Positions 33,458 to 46,133 of a DNA stretch of 64,000 nucleotides are shown one piece after another. Source of the stretch: Tubulanus polymorphus (taxonomy: Eukaryota; Animalia; Nemertea); the NCBI RefSeq assembly GCF_964204645.1, contig NC_134026.1:31034150-31098149 (forward strand), in the 5' to 3' direction. Under the pieces are notes generated by a model. It saw only the letters and a program-made list of their open reading frames with translations, was not told the DNA's origin and made no database searches. A program made the translations under genes and the position numbers. Positions within the stretch are counted from its first letter, which is position 1; every line of letters begins with the position of its first letter.

Positions 33458-35890
33458 ATATAGATAGATTTATAAAGTCATCCTTTATTAATCGATAGAC
33501 TTTTTGGAATCGTGCAGGAAACGAGACGGTCGTGGTTTCCATCTTGAGGAAGAGATGATTGTCACTCCTTATGCATTTGATTGGTTTCTATTTCCATTTT
33601 TTATCTTATTTCTCATTTTGAGTTGGTGTCCCTTACAATCCTACCACACCTGGCGGGAGCGAAACAGAGGGTTTGATTTTGAAATCGGAAATCGAAGTAC
33701 TGATATAGTTGTGTGATCAGCGGTCGGACTTTTTTTTCAAATTAGGAAATTTCGATTCCGGTTCATTCAAATACATTTGGTTTATTCATTTTGATTTTTT
33801 TTTGAGTTGGCGTTCCTCACAAAACCACCACACCTGGCGGAGCGAAAATCGGAAATCGAAGTACAGACAGTTGTGTGATCAGTAGTCGAGTTTACAGAAT
33901 TTTTTGTTTAAATCGGAGTACATAATTGGGAAATTCGGTTCCGGTTCATTCAAACAATCTCCCATTCAACGAATCGCAAAGAGCTTCATAAATATGATTA
34001 ATAGTTAACTCTCATTCGTGATAAATGACGACTAGAATTTCAAAAATGTAAATGTTTATTGAGGCCGCATGTTTTCTAAATGCATCATCAAGTGAGATAT
34101 CGCAGTCGCTAATTTTTGACTAATTTTTGAATTATAGAAATTCGCTTTCATATTGCTATATCGCAAATCGCAATCTGGGTGACCAGGGGAGCAGTGACTG
34201 GTCTTCGTCCACGCATCCACCCCCAACCTAGCGGTGGACCGAACATAAGCTCTCAGGGTCATACTATCCCTGGAAAGGTGTACGTCTCCAGAGGGGAGTT
34301 CAGAGACATGTTTTGTGCTGTTCCTGGCCCTGGAAATCACAATTAACAAAAACTATTTTTTTCATACCTTAAAGAACTTCCAGACATAACTTTATGCTTA
34401 ATCAACAAATCTACAAAAGATTCATTGAAGATGTTTTTTTTCATCTCACAATAGACAGAAACAGAGAAAGAGAGACAGAGGCAGAGGCAGGAGAGTACTG
34501 TGCTGATATACATGTCGAATGACGTTATTTGACATTCTCGATTCATTCTTGGAATTGTCCCTAAATTTATCCGTAATAACCCTGGTAGAGTTGATGCCCT
34601 TCAATTAGACACAGTGTAGTAGATAATGTGTATATCTCCCGGGTTGCACTTGACTAAAATCACGTATTAGTTCCCTTTAAACCATTTGGAAAAATTAATC
34701 GGAAATTTCAGAATAATCCAGTACGCCTGATGATGGCAAACTAGAAGCCGAAACGCTGCTAAATATAACTCATCTACTACAGAACGTTTCGTCCGTTCTC
34801 TGGACCTATTGCGCGATTTTTTACTCATTCGCTATCGTTTTCTGTGTAGACTTCAATACGTCACCAGCCACCACGCCCTGTGCTATGAGAACTCATACGT
34901 CATCAGTACTATTACTATATGACGTAGTCTATTTAATTGTTCGCTCTACATCTCGTCGTAACTATGTTGTCACTTGACATGCTAAAACATAACGTTCTAA
35001 TAACGATTAAATATTAATAGTATGAAGACTCTTGCCGATACGCGGTGATGGCACTCTTGTATTGGATAAACTGCCGCTGATAGACCGGTTGAGAATGATG
35101 CTTTGCACCCACATAGTGTTCAAAACTGTATTTAAGGGACAGATCTAACCCCCCCCCCTAAATTTCAAGTTGCCCTAAATGAAAAATGAAAAACTGATTT
35201 CTAAAGATCATAAGCATGTTATCTGTACTTCCGAAGACCGGAAATAAGTTGATGGTTCCCGATGAGGTTCACTGGGAGTGGTGGGGGAGGAGGTGGGGGA
35301 GGGGGTGAGGTGCCCTCCCTCCCTAAATCACACCCTGATCCGAGGCCACTGAATTACGCTCTATTTCTACGAGAAATTGCATCTCGTTTCGCTCAGTCGC
35401 GGACGAGTTCTAAAAACAAAAAAAAACTAGGACTGATCAGGGAAAGACGTAATATCACTAATATTATAATCTTGCCCTGATAACATCCCGGTAAAAGGAA
35501 CTATTGTCCTGAATTAAGTAGGAAAACCACAGGAAACTATTATACTATTATAATAATAATTCATGTACAGATAATTTGCACTATTTCACAAATCGTTCGT
35601 TGTTGTTTATTTAACGATGATATCTACTCATTAACAACCACTCAATGATTTGATAAGAATTTCACTATATTTCACTAGGGATTGGTGAAATGGAATGCGG
35701 CGGCGTCGGCGGCGGTGGTGCTACCTCTTTCTACATTGACAATACTATATACACTGATATTCAGTCAATTCAACCTGGATATGGTTGGTTTGAGTTTAAC
35801 CTGCAGAGTGGATATATTGACATTTTGACTATAGTAAAACCGCGACAGACTCCGGTTGAATTATACAGATATTTTACAGAAGTCCTACAT

Positions 35891-36790
35891 CCAGTTCTGA
35901 ACCCATTTCCACAGGCCCAGTTCCACAGGACTCCTCAGGACCCAGTTCCACATGACTCCTCAGGACCCAGTTCTGAACCCATTTCCACAGGACTCCTCAG
36001 GACCCAGTTCCACAGGACTCCTCAGGACTCAGTTCTGAACCCATTTCCACAGGCCCAGTTCCACAGGACTCCTCAGGACCCAGTTCCACAGGACTCCTCA
36101 GGACCCAATTCTGAACCCATTTCCACAGGCCCAGTTCCATAGGACTCCTCAGGACCCAGTTCCACATGACTCCTCAGGACCCAGTTCTGAATCCATTTCC
36201 ACAGTCCCAGTTCCACAGGACTCCTCAGGACCCAGTTCCACAGGACTCCTCAGGACCCAGTTCTGAACCCATTTCCACAGTCCCAGTTCCACAGGACTCC
36301 TCAGGACCCAGTTCCACAGGACTCCTCAGGACCCAGTTCTGAACCCATTTCCACAGTCCCAGTTCCACAGGACTCCTCAGGACCCAGTTCCACAGGACTC
36401 CTCAGGACTCAGTTCCACAGGACTCCCCAGAACAATAGGACTCCTCGGGACCCAGATCCACAGGACTCAATTGGGGGATCCACAGCTATCCAGTTGGTTT
36501 GACTTAACATTTATTCATTTTCAATGTTTGAAGTCAAAATTAAATCAAGAACTGTAGAACTGGATCCTGAACTGTGGAACTGGGTGCTGAACTGTAGAAC
36601 TGGGTGCTGAACTGTAGAACTGGGTCCTGAACTGTGGAACTGAGTCCTGAACTGTAGAACTGGGCCCTGAACTGTAGAACTGGGCCCTGGACTGTAGAAC
36701 TGGGTCCTGAACTGTGGAACTGGGCCCTGAACTGTAGAACTGGGCCCTGGACTATAGAACTGGGTCCTGAACTGTAGAACTGGGTCCTGG
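35891..36790. repeat. Foldback-like structure: two oppositely oriented tandem arrays around a MITE core
   Basis: Left array of cccagttccacaggactcctcagga variants (35891-36468), MITE family B-like interior (~36480-36550), right array of 20-bp actgtagaactgggtcctga units (36551-36790). Confidence 0.8.
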
Positions 36791-37492
36791 ATCAACTGGC
36801 AAATAGAATTAGTTAATTCGTAATTAGTGTTAACCGTATTCAGACATAGTTTATCAGAACTAGGTTCCGGTTCCGGTTACGGGAGGGATTGACCGAGGTG
36901 TTTTACATTTCGGTTTATTTCAAACGAAAACATGGATAATTATATTCATAAGCCGAGTGTCCGTAAGAAGGAAATGACCAATATGTTTCCTTATGGATAT
37001 CATTTCAAATTAACGGTTAATATAATACACTTAGTCAGTATGAGATGATAGAGTACAACTTCCGTTAAAACTAACCACAAGATAAGATATAATAGTGCTT
37101 ACGAGCAATACGGAAATATCGCTGACGGACCCGCGGCTGGTTAACATGCGGTTAAACATCATTAACCTTCGATGATCGAACGAAAGGAACAAAAACGTTT
37201 TAGAGTAAAGAATAAAAATAATGCTTCGTAATTTAGGGTTACCCAGTATGAGTGGAGCCTGATAGAGAAACAGTATACGAAATAACTACATTTTCTCCTA
37301 TGTTTCATATTGTAATTGCCCAGCGGCCCTTGGGCCTTGCTGGACCTGCATGATGTGTAATATAATTCATTATTTTCGTTATTCTATGCAGACTGAATTA
37401 AAGACTTGTCGTCACAGAGACGGTATTTATTGTTGATCTATTTCCTGGCGATTCTGGCCTAAAAATTTATGTGTTCGTTTTGCTCAAATCCG

Positions 37493-37563
37493 CCAGCACC
37501 ACCAGCACCACCAGCACCACCAGCACCACCAGCACCACCAGCACCACCAGCACCACCAGCACC
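37493..37563. repeat. 9-bp tandem repeat (CCAGCACCA)n
   Basis: About 8 units. Confidence 0.9.
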
Positions 37564-37903
37564 ACACCCACCTATATTGGATATTTAGCTGGCGGATAGA
37601 TTCCAGGACACCACCGGATTTCATAAGGCTGATAATAAGTGCACACATAACAAAACAGCCTTAACCTTTAGCGAATGTTGTATTTCTGTAGGTATTTAGC
37701 CTCCCCCTCAATTAGGTATAAAACACATCACTTTTTCACATTCGCTTTGAGCAAAAAACGCTCTTTTGCGATGAACTCGATGTTAAATCTTATTAGAAGG
37801 GAGTGGAAGATATTTTGATATGAACGGGCACCAAAAACTAGATATCCTCTATTGATTCTTCTTTCTCTAAACTGGACGACACAGTCTAGCAATTATCTGA
37901 AGT

Positions 37904-38075
37904 TTATAGCGGCTTTCTGGAGTATATACTGACACAGTCTTATAGCAGCTTTCTGGAGTATATACTGACACAGTCTTATAGCAGCTTTCTGGAGTAAACT
38001 GACACAGTCTTATAGCAGCTTTCTGGAGTATATACTGACACAGTCTTATTGCAGCTTTCTGGAGTAAACTGACAT
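37904..38075. repeat. 33-35-bp minisatellite
   Basis: About 5 units of ttatagcagctttctggagta(ta)tactgacacagtc. Confidence 0.9.
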
Positions 38076-38468
38076 AGTTTTGAAGCATTATATTTCTTGC
38101 TCTATTCTGACGAATGGCACAAATACGGTGAAAAGATTTTGGAACATGAATCTAAAACGAATCCTTGCAGTGGTTGGCCGAAAATAACATTATTAGTGTC
38201 CTTCAGAGAAAGTGTTTATGAAGACTATTTTCGCAGCTCTTTTTGAGACGTAACAAAACCACGTGTTGCTAATAAAGTGACACTGTTTTGACGTATCTGT
38301 CAAATATAAGGTTACAGAAATGTTGGTTTCGTTGAGAGAAAATTAAACGTTCTTCATCTGCAATTAATCAGCGAAGTTCAACAGAAATACTCCACGCAAT
38401 TTGCTTCATTTCCTCTCCTTATTGACTTTCTACTTCACTTCACGTTTATTAAAATCATAGAAATGACC

Positions 38469-38805
<337 letters not shown>

Positions 38806-41255
38806 TAGTCGCCTACGTGAACGGAAACTGTTTGGCTTTGTAGAGTTACTGCTGTGTGACCAAAATCACTAATATCGGATCTATATATAATAACAGGTTA
38901 GGGACTGACAAAAAAAGATGAACGTATTCATAGATTTTACTCAATTATAAGGAAGAAAGTGGACAATCTGGACAGCCCTATCCCTGTGGTAAACTAGGTT
39001 TATAGTTGAATGAGAATCCATGGCGAAAAATAAAGTGAATGATTTCTAATCTTTGGAAATGTCTTGCAGAATTTAGTCGATTCGTCACTACTTTCTTGGT
39101 TTTTTCTTTAATCGAACTATTGAAAGTCAACTATTGTCTATGTAAACCAATTGTGATTCTTTCCCGATACCTTTTTCAGAAGGTGCCACACGTTCGTGTG
39201 ATGAAGCGATATATAAACGCTGATACGAGGATGTTACTATGTGACGTCACTGATTAATTGTCAATAGTTCATGGCGTGAAGAAGATACATCGCCTATTGT
39301 ATGAAATAAGGCTTATTTTATAATGAGAATTTTCCTACGATCCGAAAAAAGATTAAGAGCGGGTCGTGACCGTGCTCTAAATCAATACCAGGTCTCAGAA
39401 GACTTGAAATGACATGGAGTTGGTTGCATCTTCTTTCTATGAGATCATTGTGTAGATTTTTCTTTGAAATAGAACCACACGACAGGGAGTTTCGTGTGAA
39501 CGTGATATCACGGCTTTTTTACACATGTAATTTGAAGTATATATTGCAATTTGTAACGGACTCGCAGCGAGAATCTGCTTTTTTCGCCGATGCAGAATAC
39601 TGTTCTTCGCAATTCTAAGATTCTCAGAATGATACTGACGAAAGCGGGAACAACGAACGACCTTAGCCTTGTCTACGCGGCGACTGCCACCCACTGTTAT
39701 TAGCTGAAATTTTCTCAGATCTTTTTGAGAATAATTTGAAAGCACTTTTTATTGTTTTGTTCGTAGAAATTTCTGAAATTCATCTTTCTACAAATTGCCA
39801 TTTCGCGTGAGACACGGTCTCAATTCGACAATTCAAACCTCGTAACGACTGAGGCTAAATTTGCGGCTAGAAAAGTGGCTCGAGGATCGCTTACAGAAAC
39901 AGATTCCCCTTAAACAAAGCTTTAATGTTGATAAAATTATTCATTTAAAACAGTTTGGCGTTGAGTAATGAATGAAATTCGACTAAGTAAAATATCTGTA
40001 ATCCTCACATGCCACAGTAGAATATTGAGGCGGCATCAGATCTCGACCGTTCGGTGCTGCCACTATGAATAACGATAGCGGAATTTCTGTGAACTAACTA
40101 AGGGTAGCTCATATTTACCGCCGGAATATAAATTGGCTTATTATGTCTAATAAACCGTCGCCCTCTCTCCCCAGGTAAAATATTAAAAGCCAAATATTCA
40201 CAAGGACAAATTTACTCTCTTAAATTCATCTTATAGAAAAAATTGTCAGTTGAGTTGTTTCAATGCTTTTTAAGAGTTTGAGAATTTTCTCGAAATCCGG
40301 CCCGCAAATCGATAAATAGTTCGTCCATTGCGGCCGTTCTAAGACTTTGGCAAGCGAGTATCATTTTAGTTCACGTTTTTCCCGCTATAGTTATACATAG
40401 GGGCAGCACTAGACGGATGAGATAGCTATTTTTTACAGTGGCGGGCGAAAGATTCAATCGACGCTTATGTTCTATTCAACGAAATTATTCTTTTAATAAA
40501 AATATCAAAGCCACTTTTGAATAATTATAATTCTCAATTTTCTTTATCCGACTTAGAGGTTCCACTGAGCATCCAAAACCCTTTAGGCAGACTGAGTGAA
40601 ATGAAAATTAGACCCTCAGAGACATCAGGATGAGTGGACACTAAACATCTAAACTAAGAGACGGTCTGTACCTAGACCTATGGCCTTCTTTGATGGTAAA
40701 CAATGATATGACGTGATATATGAGAAAGACCAAATCAATAAACAACAAAATAGTCTTGTATTTTTTCAAGTTTTTTGCCCCTTTTTATTTGAGTTATTTC
40801 TAAGGTTATATTTACAATCTCTCGAATACGCTTAACATCCCATAAAATACAACATGAATTTAAATAAACATCGATTTTAACCGATAATAATAGCAACATA
40901 CATTGTATATACACAGTAACACAGTACCAACTTCAGTAGCGAGTATCACCTCTATATTACCAGCCGATGAGAAAAAAAATATTCTTGAATTCTTATTAGT
41001 TTCAAATGCATTATTTCTATCTTTAACTAAAACAGGATCCAGTTCCACAGTCATCGGTTTGAAAATTCAGTTAGTCCTCGCTGTTTTAATCCTAGAGTGG
41101 GATTTCAACGGCAGAACCAGAATCCTGTGTCTTAAGAACAATATTTCAAGCGTGCATATTTTCATTCATAGCACCCGAAATAACCTCAAAAAGAAAATAT
41201 AATTTCTTGATTAAAAAATAATAACGAAGAAAACGAAAATAAAGAAAATGAAATT

Positions 41256-44200
41256 TTAGACGAGTGAAGGGAAGAGTTCTGTGAATGATTCCTCCCACAT
41301 ATCGTCGCTGCTGAGAGCTGATATATCGCTACTCGGCGAGGCAGCATCACTGAAATCACTGTAACCAGAATCACTATATCCACCTGTACTCAGTGTATTA
41401 CTGGTAGCTGCTGGTGCTGCCGTTGCTGCTGCTGCTGCTGGTGCGATGATGCTATTATTGTCAATGCTGCTGCTGCTACTGTCTGTTGTCGGTACAACCT
41501 TAGAAATATCACAAATATCAGTCACCATGGATAACAGATCCTCATTGAGGAAACTTTCCAATGATTCGATGTCTTTCAACGTGAGAATGTTTTCGACTGA
41601 ACTGTTGGAATTATTTTCGTCGTACGCGGAAAAGTTTATTGTCGGAACGGTTGGAGGGGTTATCATTGTTGGAAGCTCGGTTGTATCCATGGTAACGGGT
41701 TTAGGGGCAGGTTCCGTCTTGTGGTAAACGTGATCAAATTTTATGAGTTCATTGATGGATTCCAACTGTTTTGCTGTGGACCCCACCATCTCAACGTCGG
41801 GCTGCTCGACGGTTGGGCTAGTTGTTTTCGGTTCTCCGTATACGGGAGCGGTCTGGGATTTGACTTCGGTGCTTTGGAGTTGTTGGAGTAACCCCAGGAA
41901 TACATCAGACTGAAACATTGCAAAATTACAATCCATTACAACGATTTATAAACCAGTTTTTCACTACAATTACATGTAATTTGACTTTAAAAACAGTAAT
42001 TTAATTGAAAATGAACTAGAAACCAAATTCTAATCTTTGAGTTATTTGATAGAGTAGATGGTAACTACCCTCTGCAAATATTAGCACAACTTCCAGATCC
42101 ACAGTTATGAGTTAGAATAAACTGTGAACTCGGGATCCAGTTCCACAGTTGTGAGATAGTTATCTCTTGAGTTTAAGTTAGTTCATCTTCTCTGAGTTAA
42201 CTCAGAGTCAAAAATCTTAAGTTCAAGAAGTAATTAATTAATTAATTACCTGAGAGTCATTAGGAAAGTGAGACAACGAGTTGCAGCCAGATAATGAGCC
42301 AATACCCGCCCCTGCTGCTGAGAGACTTTGAGTGCTGCTGACTCACAGGTGGTAGGCTCTTCTTTGACTACAACATCGTTTTGTCCTAATCCTAAACGTT
42401 CTCGTAATTGATCATTTTCTTGCTCCAACAACAACGTTTTGTTTTCCAGATCTTTATTTTCGTTCATCAACTGTTGATTTTCATCTTCGAGTTCCGCGAC
42501 GAGACTTTCTAATTCACTCATTCGCGCTTTCTTTCGATCGCGAGCAGTTTGAGCGGCAACGCGATTCTTCAGTTTCCTGTAAAACATTCAATTTGAAATC
42601 GTTTACATTCATTTACTCGCCCTGCACCAGTTTTATTTAGTCTCTTAAGATCTGCTGAATCACTGCAGCATTTCAAAACTTTTCTTAAAACTTAACTTTT
42701 GGCGGCTAAGACGCTGAATAAAGTCAATTGTACAGACAAATAATGGATTAGAAAATAGAGATGACTTCAGGATTAATCTGACGATTGGTCAAGACTCAAG
42801 TCCAAAAATGGTGTTAAATTCTAAGTCTGGTTGTTGTTAGATCGGCTTTATAAGAGCTTCAGAGCTTCAATGGTCTTCGACAGGTCTTAAGTTACATTGG
42901 CAATAAAAATAAAATGAGCTTAGACTGGTCTTAAGTTACATTGGCAATAAAACTAAAATGAGCTTAGACTGGTCTTAAGTTGTTTGGTTATAGAACCAAA
43001 ATGAGTTTAGACAGATCTTTAGAGTTCAAGCTATGACTTGGGACCTGGCCCCAGATAACAACCTAACGGCTAGTAAGTGAATTTGATTGTACAAGTACTT
43101 TTAAGAGGATAGACTTTTAAATTAATTCTAAACGTAAATTGAGAGACTTAATTAGATCAAAAACATATGGCACATAATAAAGGGCTGTAACATATGTGAA
43201 ATTGAATACACGCTGCTTACATCAGCATTAAATTCACTATCGATAACAATTCTAGGCACAGCTGTATTTAACAACATGAAAGTGAAATCATTAGCAATTT
43301 TAGACGTATAGTATTCAAATAGCTGTAAGGCTAAATATATTGATTAAAATTCCACTAGTTTATCAAAGTAACAGCCATCAAACCCCCGGGGGTAAGTTCG
43401 ATGTGAAATACGAAAATAGCAGTGATAACTAGACACACCCCTGAAAAGAGAGAGAGAGAGACCACACCCAAACTATTTCTACAAGAGATATATCAAAAAC
43501 AAATCAGAGTAGTTGCGAAATATCTTAATCGCGGAAGCATCTAAAACATAATCATACTAAAGTTCCTTAAATGTCAGAAGTAATAAAATTGTATTATTCA
43601 CTTGTATTCATTGATTAATGCTTTATGTTTTATGTATTTCAGAATAAATTGTAGGTCTACTGTTTAGGTCTAATGAACATGTGGGTAAAAGTGCAGATCT
43701 GCACCTCTCCGCGTAAACGGTTCAATCAATTACGTTAAAATCATTGTTTGAGATTCAAAATGTCATCAGCAATTCAGTAAATTGCCATTGGTTAATTTCA
43801 AGATATCTTCACTAGAGAGAGTAGAAAGATTTTAGCCAGGATTCTGTCATTCAGCAGATTGCGTCAATCACTCAAGAGGTGCGCATCTGCACCAAATGTG
43901 TAGTCTACATTTGTAGTGGAACTATTACATTTAAAAAAATACATAATTACATAAATTTATACCAATCTATCTTTTTAGTTACATGTAGCACTTTATACAC
44001 AATGTAATATTTTGATTTAAAGTATCAATACAAGTAATCAAAATATCTCTGTCCTCTCAGTCTCTGGGAGTACGATCAAGACAGTACTGCTGACACCCGC
44101 AGTTTACCCCTCCAAATTTGACAAGCTGGCAGAAAACCCTTAACTTACTAATTACACAATTAACTGTTAATTCTGATACGAAATTAGAGTTGGATTTAGA

Positions 44201-44391
44201 ATTTACCTGCGCATCATTCGTTCCTCGGGTGTAAGATGAGTAAGTCGCCTTCTTTTCCTTGGCTGTTGATCTCCCAGTAAACCAAATCTGTCCATGTCTA
44301 CTGTAGACGTTGTGTAGTGGCCACCACTGGTACTGGCTGCGCCCGATTTTCGGGGCATCGTGATCACTATCGTCTTCGGAACGCTTGTCAT
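41256..44391 (-). CDS. XBP1: X-box binding protein 1, IRE1-spliced form XBP1s, ~381 aa
   Basis: Exons: 44391-44207, 42576-42250 (minus the 20-nt intron 42337-42318), 41909-41256. bZIP [34 protein letters not shown]; ESAA junction; SDVFLGLL; LESINELIKFDHVYHK; C-terminal WEESFTELFPSLV. Confidence 0.97.
41741..44391 (-). CDS. XBP1: XBP1 unspliced form XBP1u, ~226 aa
   Basis: Without removal of the 20-nt intron the frame reads ...ESAALKVSQQQGRVLAHYLAATRCLTFLMTLSLMYSWGY...PTLRWWGPQQNSWNPSMNS* (stop at 41741). Confidence 0.9.
42318..42337 (-). other. Unconventional IRE1-cleaved intron of XBP1 (20 nt)
   Basis: Minus strand TGAGT-CAG^CAGC-ACTCA-AAGT-CTCT-CAG^CAGC-AGGG: two stem-loops with 7-nt CNGCAGC loops. 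Excising CAGCACTCAAAGTCTCTCAG shifts translation into the conserved XBP1s frame. Confidence 0.93.
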
Positions 44392-44547
44392 CTTCGAGTA
44401 TCTGATTTAACCGTTAGAAAGATAGTTTATGACGAGTGTCAACATTTGGTCTATCTCCGGCGTATTGCTATAACATCTTGAAGTTTGGTTTACTCTAATG
44501 AGGAAAACACCGTAGTTGAATATTTACTGTAGTCGTGTTCGCCGCTG

Positions 44548-44624
44548 ATTGGCTAATCGGCGGCTGACGCAATTTCACAACTCGGGGAAATCCCGCGATT
44601 CTACGAAATCCCTAACTGACGTCA
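44548..44624. promoter_or_regulatory. XBP1 proximal promoter motif cluster
   Basis: CCAAT on the - strand (44552-44548); C/EBP-ATF-like TGACGCAA (44565-44572); NF-kB consensus GGGAAATCCC (44585-44594); palindromic CRE TGACGTCA (44617-44624). Confidence 0.55.
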
Positions 44625-44988
44625 CACCAAAATTAACTTACGGGTGAAAAATTAACGATTTACTCATCATAAATGCGAGCGAAAACTTTTTTTGATAATC
44701 TTAATGAAAAAATCAATGGTAAAATCATTGGATTTATTAGAAATTTATATCGTAATGATATTATGAATTCGTGGAAAATACATCTCACGAAAATAAGCAC
44801 TGTTTACATTCCACACTGACAGCCCAGATTTGACAGCACTACGCCCCGAAGAATAGCGCTACATAGGTCAGTGCAGAGCATCGTTTGAATCGAAATATTG
44901 CCAAATAATTGAAAATGTAGAAAATTCCTTCGAATAACTATTAAAAAACTGTACGTCAGTCTGTGGCAGCCATGACATGTATTACACT

Positions 44989-45833
44989 AGTCAGTAACCT
45001 GTCTGTGGTTTAGTTTCACGATCGGATATTTTCACAAACCACAGTCAGGAATGGGAAGGTCATTTTTGTATGAAATCTTCGTCAGCCAATTTGACTGACG
45101 AGTAATTTGCCTGGCATTTCATTGTCTCTTAAGATATCCGTCTAATTTTTGTTGTAATCGACACACAACAGATTCGTAGTTTGTCTGATACCTATAACAC
45201 CTCACCTGACGATCTTAATCCATGTGCAAATCGGCCGTAAAGTGAGAGTAAATTTCCGTAGAGTCAACAGCTGCCATTTTTTAAATTACTGGAGGTGCTG
45301 GCACCTGTGGACTGAGGCCAGGACAACAGCACAAACTAACAAAGCGAAACGACGAAATTGAAAAAAATTAAGAAATCAACACTTATTCACATTTTTCTTT
45401 TACCAGAATTTATTATTTCTGTATTTATTATGGAAAACACGAAGATTTGAAATATAAGCTGGAAAACCATCAAAAATAAAAAATGTCGTTTCGTCTTGGA
45501 AGTTTTATATAAATCCTTGTAGGTCCCCTTGTCTTATCATGCCACATGTGCAATACAGAGAAATGGCGGCCAATGGCGAAATTTGTGGAGAAATTAATTA
45601 ATTTCTCAAAATAATGTTGATTAATCACTCGAAACATACATAAAATTGGATTATTTCGAAAGGTATCTGTGTTAGTTTGTGAATTAAGCCATTAATTGTG
45701 GACTGAAGTGAATAGAAAGTATATTTTTGAAGTGTTACTTTTTTCAACCGTGTTTTGGTCCTTGTCATCCCTAACGTTGGTATAAGCCCATCCGATTATA
45801 AAAAGCTTACCACCAACGATTAGGTAACTAACT
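44989..45833. mobile_element. Locally amplified ~100-bp MITE (TIR AGTYAGTWACCT); this copy is split by ~740 bp
   Basis: 5' half agtcagtaacctgtctgtggtttagtttcacgatcggatattttc at 44989; 3' half aagcccatccgattataaaaagcttaccaccaacgattaggtaactaact ending at 45833. Other copies at 46343-46530, 56090-56189 (-, halves contiguous) and 56474-56583 (-). Confidence 0.65.
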
Positions 45834-46133
45834 AGTATTACACCATCAATATCTAGTATGTCAGATAGTGGTGAAATAACCTATCTATGAACCACCTTAG
45901 CTCTGAATAGAGCTTTATTGTGCTCGCCATTCGTGAAGAAACGTTCTTCAATAGTCCTTCTCGTTTTGTATTCATGATTTAGGTCGAATAACAACTAATA
46001 TCTTAATAGAAACTCACAAGGTATGAAATCTCTCTTCTTTAGCTATAGAACTTTGCACCAGGAAGTGTACAGCACAGTGACAGTCAATACGGTACTTCTA
46101 TTTCAGCAGTGTCAGTACAGTGTACCGTGTAAC

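Noticed and set aside
25532-34554. STAT (TTCNNNGAA) and AP-1 sites scattered around the cytokine-like gene
   Set aside because: Examples exist (25532-25540, 34546-34554), but such short motifs are expected many times by chance in 64 kb of AT-rich DNA.
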